From positions 4,534-68,533 of the forward strand of contig CAIXGW010000214.1 of the NCBI GenBank assembly GCA_903919145.1: DNA of 64,000 nucleotides. The letters run 5' to 3'. The translations under genes and the position numbers were made by a program. Under the pieces are notes generated by a model that worked only from the letters and a program-made list of their open reading frames with translations, did not search any database and had not been told where the DNA came from. Below are positions 10,388 to 21,100 of the stretch, one piece after another. Within the stretch, counting starts at the first letter, position 1. Each line of letters starts with the position of its first letter. The DNA is from an uncultured Myxococcales bacterium (GTDB taxonomy: Bacteria > Myxococcota_A > UBA9042).

Positions 10388-11695
10388 CTACCAGCCGTGC
10401 GAGCCCTTGCGGTGGCGCAGCTGCTTGCCCTGGTACAGGTGCTCGTTCCAGGTGGCCGGCGCAAAGCCGTTGTCGACCTGGACCATGCTGATGCAATCCG
10501 GCACGGGGCAGACGATCTTGCACAGGTTGCAGCCCACGCACTCGGCTTCGTCAACGCGCGGCACCCGGGTGGTGCGCTCGGTGGCGCTGCCTTCCTGCGG
10601 GTGAATGCACTGGTGGGCGCCGTCCATGCACGCCACCACGCACAGCTGGCAGCCAATACACTTGTCGGCGTCGATTTTGGCCACGATCTCATAGTTGAGG
10701 TCTAGGTCGCCCCAGTGCTCGTAGTTGGGAATCGCCTTGCCGACCATCTGATCGATCGTGGCAAAGCCCTTGCTGTCCATGTAGCTTTCCAGGCCGTCGA
10801 TCATGTCCTCTACAATGCGGTAGCCCTTGAGCATCACTTCGGTGCACACCTGCACGCTGGTCGCGCCCAGCAGGATGAACTCAACCGCATCGCGCCAGTT
10901 GGTCACGCCGCCAATGCCGCTGATCGGCAGGTTGAAGCGCGGGTCGCGGGCCAAAGACGCCAGCATGTGCAAGGCAATCGGCTTGACCGCCGCGCCGCAG
11001 TAGCCGCCGTTGGTAGAGAGGTTGCCGACCCGCGGCTCGGGGACAAAGCGGTCGATGTCGACGCTGACAATCGACTTGATGGTGTTGATCAGAGACACGC
11101 CATCGGCGCCGCCGCGCTGCGCTGCCAAGCCATGCGGCACAATGTCAGAAACATTGGGCGTCAGCTTGATCAAGACCGGCAGACCGGGGCGGTACTTCTC
11201 GGCGTACTTCTTGGCCCAGCTGGTGATTCGCTCGTTGACCAGCGGCTCTTGCCCCACCGCCGAGCCCATGCCGCGCTCGCACATGCCGTGGGGGCAGCCA
11301 AAGTTGAGCTCCAAGCCATCGGCGCCGGCGTCGACCGAGCGGCAGATGATGTCCTCCCACTCCTGCTCGGTCTCGACCATCAGGGAGGCGATGACGGCAT
11401 GCTTGGGAAACTTCTTCTTGACCTCGGCAATCTCTCGGAAATTGACGTCCAGAGGCCGGTCCGTGATGAGCTCGATGTTGTTGAAGCCGGCCCCGCGGAC
11501 GCCGCCGATGGTGTGGCCACCAAACCGGCTGGAGACGTTCTGGATCGGCTGGCCCAGAGTCTTCCACACCGCACCGCCCCAGCCGGCGTCAAAAGCCCGC
11601 TGGATCTGCTCCCCGGAGTTGGTCGGCGGCGCGGAGGCGAGCCAGAACGGGTTGGGCGACTGAATTCCGGCACAGTTGGTCCACAAATTTGCCAT
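10388..11695 (-). CDS. preA: NAD-dependent dihydropyrimidine dehydrogenase subunit PreA
   Basis: NPFWLASAPPT, ELNFGCPHGM and KLTPN motifs; C-terminal 2x[4Fe-4S] motifs CIGCQLC and CVGCNLC. Confidence 0.95.
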   Translation of the reverse strand: MANLWTNCAGIQSPNPFWLASAPPTNSGEQIQRAFDAGWGGAVWKTLGQPIQNVSSRFGGHTIGGVRGAGFNNIELITDRPLDVNFREIAEVKKKFPKHAVIASLMVETEQEWEDIICRSVDAGADGLELNFGCPHGMCERGMGSAVGQEPLVNERITSWAKKYAEKYRPGLPVLIKLTPNVSDIVPHGLAAQRGGADGVSLINTIKSIVSVDIDRFVPEPRVGNLSTNGGYCGAAVKPIALHMLASLARDPRFNLPISGIGGVTNWRDAVEFILLGATSVQVCTEVMLKGYRIVEDMIDGLESYMDSKGFATIDQMVGKAIPNYEHWGDLDLNYEIVAKIDADKCIGCQLCVVACMDGAHQCIHPQEGSATERTTRVPRVDEAECVGCNLCKIVCPVPDCISMVQVDNGFAPATWNEHLYQGKQLRHRKGSHGW

Positions 11696-11759
11696 GCTAT
11701 CCTCGTCTCGTTCAGCTGAGCTGTTACCGTTTTGCTTCCAAGCGCTTGATCAACCGCGT

Positions 11760-13082
11760 CTAATTGGGGGAATTGCCCTGCAAGTAGGCGTCGATGGCGA
11801 TGGCGGCAGCTTTGCCCTCCGCGGCAGCATTGACGACTTCCTTGCCACCGTTGCGGCAGTCACCGCCGGCATACCAGCCAGGCCGGCCGGTCGCGCCGTG
11901 GGCGTCGGTCACCACCACGCCGCGCTCGACGGCGATCCCCTCCAGGCCGCCCACCAGATCGCCGATGCGCGCTTGGCCAATCGCCAAGAGCACCAGATCG
12001 GCCTCTACGCTAAACGTAGCGCCGGCAATCGGCTTTTTGGCCGCATCCAGCCGCTGCAGCACCGCCCGCTGGACCTTGCCTTCGCCCTCAAAGGCCACCG
12101 GCACGGCTTGCCACTCGGCCTTGGCGCTCTTGACCTGGGCGGCCTTCCACTCGTGAGCGTAGCCGGGCATTCCCTGCTCGGTGCCGCGGTACACCATGGT
12201 AACATTGGGGATACCCAGGGTAATGGCTTCTCTGACGCAGTCCAGCGCCGTGTTGCCGCCGCCAATGATGAGGCAGGAGCGGACCTGCGACAGGTCGATC
12301 TTGCCCAGCTTGAACTGCTCGATCCAGGCCACGGCGCCGATGACGCCGGGCAATTGCTCTCCCGGCACCTTGAGCGGCGTGTCCGGGCCCAGGCCCAGGC
12401 CCACAAACACGGCGTCAAACTGCTTTTCCAGCTCGGCCACGCTGATGTCCTTGCCGACCTCAACGCCGTTGCGCACCTCAATGCCGCCGATGCCCAGCAC
12501 CCACTCAGCCTCTTTGACGCCCTGGTCGGCCTTCATCTTGTGCGGCGCCACGCCGGTCGTGTTCAGACCACCGATTTCCTGGCGCTTCTCTAGAATGACC
12601 GCCGCGTGGCCGCGCAGCCGCAGCTCGTGGGCGCAGGCCAGGCTCGCCGGACCAGCGCCAATCAGCGCCACTTTCTTGCCAGTGTCCGGCCCGGCCTGGT
12701 AGTAGCGCCAGCCCTCGGCGTAGGCCTTGTCGGTCGCGTAGCGCTGCAGCCGGCCAATCTGGATCGGCGGGTGCCCCAGGTGGTTGTAGACACAAGAGCC
12801 GACGCACAGCGTCTCGACCGGGCACACCCGCGAGCAGGACATGCCCAAGATGTTGGCATCAAAGATGGTGCGGGCCGAGCCCTTGTCATTGTGCGACGCG
12901 ATCTTGCGAATGAACTGGGGCACATCGATGTGGGTGGGGCAGGCGTGCATGCACGGCGCGTCGGCGCAGTACAGACAGCGCGTGGCTTCGACCACGGCCT
13001 GGGCCTGGGTATAAGCAGGCTTGTAGTCGGTAAAAGCGCTCTCTGAGCGGTCGATCTTGAGCGGCGAGCGTGGGTCGGCCAT
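11760..13082 (-). CDS. preT: dihydropyrimidine dehydrogenase subunit PreT (GltD-like)
   Basis: RCLYCADAPCMHACP, GAGPAS, GGGNTALDC and AGGDC motifs; directly upstream of preA. Confidence 0.92.
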   Translation of the reverse strand: MADPRSPLKIDRSESAFTDYKPAYTQAQAVVEATRCLYCADAPCMHACPTHIDVPQFIRKIASHNDKGSARTIFDANILGMSCSRVCPVETLCVGSCVYNHLGHPPIQIGRLQRYATDKAYAEGWRYYQAGPDTGKKVALIGAGPASLACAHELRLRGHAAVILEKRQEIGGLNTTGVAPHKMKADQGVKEAEWVLGIGGIEVRNGVEVGKDISVAELEKQFDAVFVGLGLGPDTPLKVPGEQLPGVIGAVAWIEQFKLGKIDLSQVRSCLIIGGGNTALDCVREAITLGIPNVTMVYRGTEQGMPGYAHEWKAAQVKSAKAEWQAVPVAFEGEGKVQRAVLQRLDAAKKPIAGATFSVEADLVLLAIGQARIGDLVGGLEGIAVERGVVVTDAHGATGRPGWYAGGDCRNGGKEVVNAAAEGKAAAIAIDAYLQGNSPN

Positions 13083-13240
13083 CGGTCCTCCAAACGGGGG
13101 TTGCTCCCCTCCAGGTCAGCTGAAAGTCGGCTGCTGCAGTTGCGCAGCCCAGCCCAGCCCCGGGAGCCCCAGAAGGGGCGAATGTACGCCGGCCTTTCGG
13201 CAGAGGCAAGCCCACCGCAGCTGGGGCAGCACCCGCTCAA

Positions 13241-13948
<708 letters not shown>

Positions 13949-14068
13949 TGGCGGCTCCTTGCTGGCCCTGCACCGTCAGAGCGCGCCTCGCAGGCGGCAC
14001 CCCCGCAATTGGGCGCCCCCGGTGGGGTGCCCCTACCACAGTCACCGCCAGAGTAAAGAAATTTGCAC

Positions 14069-14097
14069 TTCCACACAATCCGCAAGGGTGGTATGTT
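14069..14097 (+). promoter_or_regulatory. possible sigma-70-type promoter for the giant lipoprotein
   Basis: TTCCAC-N17-TATGTT with an extended TG, in an AT-rich patch. Confidence 0.35.
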
Positions 14098-14222
14098 AGT
14101 TGGTTGTTGTGCAGACGCCGTGCGCGGCGCGGACTGGTCCCAGCCAGTCCCGCTCGCAGCCCTGCACAAAAGCACTAGCGATTTCGCGAGCGTTCCCTGA
14201 TCTCCCACCCAGCGAGGCCCCC

Positions 14223-17200
14223 ATGCGATCGACAACTGCTCCTAGCAAGCCCTGTCGCCGCTTCCGTTCGTGGTTGGTTCTGATGGCCGGAGTGCTGGCT
14301 GCAGGGCTTGGTGCCTGCGGCGAAGACACGTTGATTGGCAGCAGCGAAGAGGCGGATGCCGATGCCCTGCCCAACGACGCGGCCCTGAACGACCTCTCTG
14401 CTGAGGTCAGCGAACCCCAAGACGCCAGCGCCACCCAGGACAGCGTCGCGGTCGACACCGCAGAGGACAGCTCCGCCGTAGACAGCAGCTCGGACGCTAC
14501 CAGCGCTTGCGCGGCCGGCGAGGCGTGCCCGTGCAGCGCTGACTCGCAGTGCCAGTCGGGCCAGTGCCTGATCAACCCAGACGGAACGGGTAGTTGCGCC
14601 CTGCCCTGTGGCGACACGCCCTGCCCAGAGGGCATGGTCTGCAGCCCGGCCAGCGGCAACCCGGCCCTGCAGGTGTGCGTGCCCAAGCCCCCCTGTGTGC
14701 CCAAGACCGAGGTCTGCAACGGCGTGGACGACAACTGCGACGGCACCACCGACGAGTCGTTCTGCTACGACGGCAACCCCTGCTCCGACGACCTGTGCGA
14801 CAGCCAAGGCAATTGCACCCACCCGCTCAACCAGGCCACCTGCGAAGACGGCAACCCCTGCACCACCGGCGACATCTGCAAAGACGGCAGCTGCCAGTCC
14901 GGCACCGGCCCGCAGTGCGATGACGGCAACGCCTGCACCCAAGACAGCTGCACCTCTCAGGGCACCTGCAACCACACCCCGCTGCTTGGCGGCTGCAGCG
15001 ACGGCGACGCCTGCACCCTGGGCGACCAGTGTCTGGGCGGCAAGTGCTTGGCCGGCGGGGCGCTGACCTGCAACGACGCCAACCCCTGCACCGACGACAG
15101 CTGCGACAAAGCAAAGGGTTGCGTCAACCTGCCCAACGCAGCCAGCTGCTCTGACGGCGATGCCTGCACCGAGCAAGACGGCTGCAGCCTGGGCGCGTGC
15201 CTGGGCAAGGCTGTGGCCTGCGACGACGGCAACGTCTGCACCAATGACGCGTGCCAGCAGGGCAATTGCGTCCAGCTGCCCATCGCCGCCACCTGCGACG
15301 ACGGCAACGGCTGCACCACCGCCGACGTCTGCAAGTCAGGAAAATGCGCTGGCCAGGCGCTGGATTGCGACGACGGCAGCCCCTGCACGGTGGACACCTG
15401 CAGCGAGGACGGCTGCAAGAACCTCAAAGCCGCCGACAACACCGCCTGCGATGACGGCAACCCCTGCAGCGAAAAAGACGAATGCACCCACGAGGGCAAG
15501 TGCATCGGCTCGGCCAAGGTCTGCGACGACGGCAACCCCTGCACCGTAGACCAGTGCCAAAAAAGCGATGGTTTGTGCTACTTTGAGGCCAGCCAGGGCC
15601 AAGCCTGTGACGACGGCAATCCGTGCACCCTGGGCGACGCCTGCAGCGTGGGCTCTTGCGTCCCGGGCGGCACCAAGCTGTGCAAAGACGGAGAGAGCTG
15701 CACCGCCGACGGGTGCGACCCCGGCAGCGGCACCTGTGTGTTCAAGGCCCTAAGCGCCCCCTGCGACGACGGCAACCCCTGCACCCTGGGCGACGCCTGC
15801 GACGCCGGCAGCTGCCTGGCCGGCAAGGCCAAGTCCTGCGATGACAACAACCCCTGCACCATTGAGAATTGCGACGCCGCCACCGGCGACTGCAAGATCG
15901 CCAACACCGTGCCTGGCATCGCCTGCGAAGACGGCGAGCTGTGCACCCAGGCCGACGCCTGCAGCGAAGGCAAGTGCGTCGCGGGCAAGCCGATCGTCTG
16001 CACCGATGGCAGCGAGTGCACCACCGACTCCTGCGATACCAAGACCGGCAAGTGCCTGTTTGTCAACGACGATGGCAAGGCCTGCGACGACGGCGACACC
16101 TGCAGCAGCGCCGACACCTGCCAGGGCGGCCAGTGCCAGCCGGGCAAGGCCATCTGCGAGTGCAAGAGCCAGCTGGACTGCCAGGGCAAAGAAGACGGCG
16201 ACCTGTGCAACGGTACGCTGTTCTGCGACTTCTCTGACAACAAGTGCAAGCTCGACCTCAAGACGGTGGTGGTCTGCGACAGCAGCAAAGACAGCGAGTG
16301 CCTGACCTGGGCCTGCAACAGCAAGAGCGGCAAGTGCGAGCCGGCCAATCAGGCCGACGGCAAGCCGTGCAACGCCGACGAGTCGGTGTGCAGCCTGGGC
16401 GACTCTTGCCTCAAGGGCCTGTGCACCCCCGGCGCCGGCGTAGGCTGTGACGACGGCGACCCCTGCACCAATGACACCTGCGACCCCGCCAAGGGCTGCC
16501 TGCACAGCAACAACCAGCTCAAGTGCAATGACGGCAACCCCTGCACCGAGATCGACCTGTGCTACCAGGGCAAGTGCACCGGCGGCGGCCTCAAGAACTG
16601 CGACGACGGCAACGGCTGCACCACCGACACCTGCAACCCCAAGTCCGGGCAGTGCGAATTCAAGAACGAGACCGGGCTGACCTGCACCGACAACAACCCC
16701 TGCACCCTGCAGGACACCTGCCAGACCGGCAAGTGCGTGCCCAAGTCCAATGTCGGCTGCGATGACGGCAAGCCGTGCACCATGGACACCTGTGACCCCA
16801 AGACCGGCAACTGCATCACCGCCAACATGCCCGACCAGCTCGCCTGCGAAGACGGCAACAAGTGCACCATGGGCGACTCTTGCAAGGCCGGCGCTTGCGC
16901 CCCAGGCAAGCCCGCGTACTGCAACGATGGCAGCGCCTGCACCATCGACACCTGTGACGTGGCCCAGGGCGTGTGCGTCTACAAGAACGCGGCGACCGGC
17001 GCCCCCTGCAGCGACAGCGACGCCTGCACCCTGGGCGACACCTGCAAAGACGGCGGCTGCATCGCCGGCCAGCCCAAAGACTGCAACGACGGCAATCCTT
17101 GCACGCTAGACAAGTGCGACATCGACTCTGGCAAGTGCATCGCCAAGACCGGCGACCTGCCCTGCGACGATGGCAACGCCTGCACCGAGGGCGACACCTG

Positions 17201-20153
17201 CACCAGCGGCGTGTGCAAGCCCAAGACCTTCATTGTGTGCAATGACGGCAACACCTGCACCAATGACAGCTGCGACACCAAGACCGGCAAGTGCGTCTAC
17301 GCGCCCAACGCCTTCAACTGCACCGATGGCAACGCCTGCACTTACAATGACGCGTGCACCGGCGGCGGCTGCAAGGGCACGGCCATCAGCTGCAATGACG
17401 GCAACTTGTGCACCAGTGACAGCTGCGACTCGGTCAAGGGCTGCCAGTACGTGGCCGCCAATCAGGGCGTGTCCTGCACCGACGGCAACGCCTGCACCGA
17501 CAGCGATGCCTGCTCCAACGGCAAGTGCGTGGGCAAGGGCATCACCTGCTCCGACGGCAACCCCTGCACCACCGACACCTGCAACACCTCAACGGGCTGT
17601 GCGTTCCAAGCCTTCAACGGCCCGTGCAATGACGGCAACAACTGCACCATCGGCGACAACTGCACGGGCGGCAAGTGCATCTCTGGTGCGCCCAAGGTGT
17701 GCAACGACAACAACGGCTGCACCGACGACAGCTGCAACGGCGCCATTGGCCAGTGCGTGTTCACCGTCAACGACAATAACCCGTGCTCGGACAGCAATGC
17801 CTGCACCAATGGCGACTTCTGCGTCACTGGCAAGTGCCAAGCCGGCGCCGCCAAAGTCGCCTGCGAAGACAACAACGGCTGCACCAGCGACTGGTGCGAC
17901 CCTGCCGTGGGCTGCAAGTTTGTCTCCAACCAGGCCCAGCCCTGCGACGACGGCAATTCCTGCACGGTCAAGGATATCTGCTTGAACGGCAAGTGCCTGT
18001 CTGGCACCCAGAACCTGTGCAATGACAACAACCCGTGCACGACCGACAGCTGCGACACGGTCAAGGGCTGCGCCAACGTGGCCAACACCCTGCCCTGCGA
18101 CGACGGCGACGCCTGCAAGGGGCCAGATGTCTGCAAGGGCGGCGCCTGCCTGTCTGGCAGCTCGGTGACCTGCAACGACAACAACGCGTGCACCAGCGAC
18201 GTCTGCGACCCGAAGTACGGCTGCAATTTCCCGCCGCTGGATGTGCCCTGCGACGACGGCAACAAGTGCACCACCGTTGATGTCTGCCAAAACGGCGCCT
18301 GCACGGGCATTGTCGGCAACACCTGCGACGACGCCAATGCCTGCACGTCGGACTTCTGCCAGGGCAGCAGCGGCTGCGTCCACATCGACAAGAACGGCAG
18401 CTTCTGCGAAGACGGCGACTCCTGCACCAGCGGCGACTCCTGCAGCAAGGGCAAGTGCGCGCCCGGCGCCACGACTTCCTGCGATGACGGCCAGGTCTGC
18501 ACCGTCGATACCTGCGACGGCCTGCAGGGCTGCCTGCACAGCCCCGCCTCCAACGGCAAGGGCAAGCCGCTGACCTTTGCGTCAGACACCTCGACCTTTG
18601 CCAGCAGCGGCGGCAGCAGCGGCAAGGCTGTGCCAGCCGTGGTCTCGCCCCTGTGGACCAAAGACGTCAGCGGCACCTGGCTGTGGATCAGCCCGACCGT
18701 AAGCGATCCCACGGCCAACACCACCGCCACCTTCACCTACGAGTTTGACGTGCCGGCTGGCTTCCAGACCCTTGTCGGTACCGTCAAGCTGGCGGTAGAC
18801 GGCGCCTGGGTCTGCAAGCTCAATGACAAGCTGGTTGGCGTAGAAACCTCAGAGGATACCTACAGCAAGCCGGCGGTCATTGCCTTGAACGGCAAGTTGG
18901 TGGCGGGCAAGAACCAGTTTGTCTGCACGGTGACCAACCCGGGCAAGCCGGGCGCCACGGCGTCCAGCAACCCAGCGGGCATCAACTTTGGCCTGGATCT
19001 GTTCTGGTTTGAGCAAGGCGGCGCCACCCCGTGCAATGACGGCAACGCCTGCACCGCCGGCGACTGGTGCCAGGTCAGCGGGACCAAGAGCCTCTGCCAG
19101 TCCGGCGCCGTCTCTGACTGCAACGACGACAACGGCTGCACCAGCGACTTCTGCGACGCCACGGCCGGCTGCGGCCACAAGGCCAACGGCGCCACCAGCT
19201 GCGACGACGGCGATCCCTGCAGCGTCAGCGACTTCTGCAAGAGCGGCAGCTGCGTAGGCGGCGCGGCAGCCAACTGCAGCGACGGCAACCCCTGCACCGC
19301 CGACAGCTGCGACGCCAAGACTGGCTGCGCCAGCACGGCCAAAGACGGCGGAGTCTGCAACGACAACAACGCCTGCACCGCCAACGACACCTGCAAGGCC
19401 GGCAAGTGCGTGGCCGCCGACGGATCGACCTGCGACGACGGCAATCCCTGCACCGCCGATCTGTGCTCGCTGACCCAGGGCTGCTACCACACCCTGGCCA
19501 ACGGCGGCGCCTGCGACGACGGCAACCTGTGCACCGCAGAGGACCTGTGCAGCGGCGGCGCCTGCCTGGGCAAGCTGCAAAATAGCTGCAGTGACGGCAA
19601 CCCCTGCACCAATGACGTGTGCGAAGGCGCCAAGGGCTGCGTCAGCACCGCCGTGACCTCTGGCGCCTGCGACGACAACAACCCCTGCACCCTGGGAGAC
19701 GGCTGCAAGAACGGCGTGTGCAGCGGCGGCACGCCCAAGCCCTGCTCGGACTCGCAGCCGTGCACCCTGGACATCTGCGACAGCAAGACCGGCACCTGCG
19801 TCTTTACCCCGGTCGCCGATGAAGAGAAGTGCGAAGACGGCAATCCGTGCACCGTCTCTGACAAGTGCGGCAGCGGCAAGTGCAAAGCCGGTCCGCCGCG
19901 CGAGTGCGGAGACGGCAACCCCTGCACCGACGACGCCTGCGACCCCGCCTCTGGCAACTGCGTCAACACCGTGCTGGCCGGCGCCTACCCCTGCGACGAC
20001 GGCGACCCGTGCACCCTGCAAGACGTCTGCACCACCGGCAGCTGCACCGGCCAGAACAAGAACTGCGCCGACGGCGACAGCTGCACCATCGACAGCTGCA
20101 ACTCCTTGACCGGCAAGTGCTACTGGAGCCCAGTGGTGCCCTGCACCCCCTAG
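14223..20153 (+). CDS. giant Cys-rich surface lipoprotein with dozens of CDDGNPCT repeats and an inserted lectin-like beta-sandwich
   Basis: Lipobox LGAC; acidic linker; EVCNGVDDNCDGTTDE motif; alternating ~24-aa C[DN]DGN[PA]CT..D.C units resembling Dictyostelium CTDC repeats; non-repeat domain at ~18565-19015 (TWLWI...NPAG). Confidence 0.9.
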   Translation: MRSTTAPSKPCRRFRSWLVLMAGVLAAGLGACGEDTLIGSSEEADADALPNDAALNDLSAEVSEPQDASATQDSVAVDTAEDSSAVDSSSDATSACAAGEACPCSADSQCQSGQCLINPDGTGSCALPCGDTPCPEGMVCSPASGNPALQVCVPKPPCVPKTEVCNGVDDNCDGTTDESFCYDGNPCSDDLCDSQGNCTHPLNQATCEDGNPCTTGDICKDGSCQSGTGPQCDDGNACTQDSCTSQGTCNHTPLLGGCSDGDACTLGDQCLGGKCLAGGALTCNDANPCTDDSCDKAKGCVNLPNAASCSDGDACTEQDGCSLGACLGKAVACDDGNVCTNDACQQGNCVQLPIAATCDDGNGCTTADVCKSGKCAGQALDCDDGSPCTVDTCSEDGCKNLKAADNTACDDGNPCSEKDECTHEGKCIGSAKVCDDGNPCTVDQCQKSDGLCYFEASQGQACDDGNPCTLGDACSVGSCVPGGTKLCKDGESCTADGCDPGSGTCVFKALSAPCDDGNPCTLGDACDAGSCLAGKAKSCDDNNPCTIENCDAATGDCKIANTVPGIACEDGELCTQADACSEGKCVAGKPIVCTDGSECTTDSCDTKTGKCLFVNDDGKACDDGDTCSSADTCQGGQCQPGKAICECKSQLDCQGKEDGDLCNGTLFCDFSDNKCKLDLKTVVVCDSSKDSECLTWACNSKSGKCEPANQADGKPCNADESVCSLGDSCLKGLCTPGAGVGCDDGDPCTNDTCDPAKGCLHSNNQLKCNDGNPCTEIDLCYQGKCTGGGLKNCDDGNGCTTDTCNPKSGQCEFKNETGLTCTDNNPCTLQDTCQTGKCVPKSNVGCDDGKPCTMDTCDPKTGNCITANMPDQLACEDGNKCTMGDSCKAGACAPGKPAYCNDGSACTIDTCDVAQGVCVYKNAATGAPCSDSDACTLGDTCKDGGCIAGQPKDCNDGNPCTLDKCDIDSGKCIAKTGDLPCDDGNACTEGDTCTSGVCKPKTFIVCNDGNTCTNDSCDTKTGKCVYAPNAFNCTDGNACTYNDACTGGGCKGTAISCNDGNLCTSDSCDSVKGCQYVAANQGVSCTDGNACTDSDACSNGKCVGKGITCSDGNPCTTDTCNTSTGCAFQAFNGPCNDGNNCTIGDNCTGGKCISGAPKVCNDNNGCTDDSCNGAIGQCVFTVNDNNPCSDSNACTNGDFCVTGKCQAGAAKVACEDNNGCTSDWCDPAVGCKFVSNQAQPCDDGNSCTVKDICLNGKCLSGTQNLCNDNNPCTTDSCDTVKGCANVANTLPCDDGDACKGPDVCKGGACLSGSSVTCNDNNACTSDVCDPKYGCNFPPLDVPCDDGNKCTTVDVCQNGACTGIVGNTCDDANACTSDFCQGSSGCVHIDKNGSFCEDGDSCTSGDSCSKGKCAPGATTSCDDGQVCTVDTCDGLQGCLHSPASNGKGKPLTFASDTSTFASSGGSSGKAVPAVVSPLWTKDVSGTWLWISPTVSDPTANTTATFTYEFDVPAGFQTLVGTVKLAVDGAWVCKLNDKLVGVETSEDTYSKPAVIALNGKLVAGKNQFVCTVTNPGKPGATASSNPAGINFGLDLFWFEQGGATPCNDGNACTAGDWCQVSGTKSLCQSGAVSDCNDDNGCTSDFCDATAGCGHKANGATSCDDGDPCSVSDFCKSGSCVGGAAANCSDGNPCTADSCDAKTGCASTAKDGGVCNDNNACTANDTCKAGKCVAADGSTCDDGNPCTADLCSLTQGCYHTLANGGACDDGNLCTAEDLCSGGACLGKLQNSCSDGNPCTNDVCEGAKGCVSTAVTSGACDDNNPCTLGDGCKNGVCSGGTPKPCSDSQPCTLDICDSKTGTCVFTPVADEEKCEDGNPCTVSDKCGSGKCKAGPPRECGDGNPCTDDACDPASGNCVNTVLAGAYPCDDGDPCTLQDVCTTGSCTGQNKNCADGDSCTIDSCNSLTGKCYWSPVVPCTP

Positions 20154-20264
20154 CCCGCAAGCCCCGTAGCCCGCAAGCCTCTTCCGCGCCGCTGCCCTTG
20201 CCGCTGCCGCCTTGGCTCCTACCCTGCTGGAGCGCGCCTGTTGGCGCCACGGCGGAGTAAAGCT

Positions 20265-21074
20265 ATGAAGTGCGCTTACGTCACCACCATCTGCAATGGC
20301 GACGGCTATGTGCCCGGGGTTGAGGTGTTGGGCAAGTCCCTGCTGGCCAGCGGCACCAAGCTGCCCATGGTCGCCCTGGCCACCGCCGACGTGCCGCCGT
20401 CTGCTCGCGCAAAGCTGGCACGCCAGGGCTGGCAGATCCGCGATGTAGAGCCCATTGCCAATCCCGACGCCGATCACCTGCTCTTTCCGCGTTTTGCCAG
20501 CGTGTTTACCAAGCTGCGAGCCTGGGAGCTGACCGACTTTGACCGGGTGGTCACGCTGGATGCCGACACGCTGGTGCTGCAGAACGTCGATGACCTGTTT
20601 GAGCGGCCGCCCTTTGCCGCCGGCCCCGACTTCTTCTTGCCCGACCACTTCAATTCGGGGGTGATGGTCGTAGAGCCCGATGCGGCAGTCTTTCGCAAGA
20701 TGGTAGAGCAGCTGCTGGCCTCGGGCAGCTACGACGGCGGCGACCAGGGCTTTCTCAACGTGTTCTATGGCGACTGGTACGCCATGCCGGTCGAGCATCG
20801 CCTGCCGGTGGGCTACAACATGGCCCACTTCATCTACCAGTTCCTGCGCGGGCACCCCACGCTGAAGCGCAACCTGGAGAAGCAGGCCAAGATCATCCAC
20901 TACATGGTGCAAAAGCCCTGGCAGGCCCACGCGGTGCTGACCGGCGGCTCGGCGGCGTGGTGGCAGCGCTACTTTGAGGTACACCCCGAGCAGTCACAGC
21001 ACTGGCGCGACCGCGTCCACGAGCTGGAAGACTGGACCTTTGACCATGTGGCGGCGCTGGTGCTGGGCGGCTGA
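20265..21074 (+). CDS. GT8 glycosyltransferase, glycogenin/PGSIP-like
   Basis: AYVT, FTKLRAWELTDFDRVVTLDADTLVLQN (DxD), FNSGVMVVEP, YDGGDQGFLN and IIHYMVQKPW motifs; GGAG RBS before ATG 20265. Confidence 0.9.
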   Translation: MKCAYVTTICNGDGYVPGVEVLGKSLLASGTKLPMVALATADVPPSARAKLARQGWQIRDVEPIANPDADHLLFPRFASVFTKLRAWELTDFDRVVTLDADTLVLQNVDDLFERPPFAAGPDFFLPDHFNSGVMVVEPDAAVFRKMVEQLLASGSYDGGDQGFLNVFYGDWYAMPVEHRLPVGYNMAHFIYQFLRGHPTLKRNLEKQAKIIHYMVQKPWQAHAVLTGGSAAWWQRYFEVHPEQSQHWRDRVHELEDWTFDHVAALVLGG

Positions 21075-21100
21075 GCCCTGGCTAAAGGGCGGCTTGAAGG

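Noticed and set aside
14175-20984. Long antisense and alternate-frame ORFs over the Cys-rich genes (for example 18849-20984, and likewise 46697-49834)
   Set aside because: Shadow ORFs expected from high GC and repetitive codons; no motifs, and they overlap well-supported genes.
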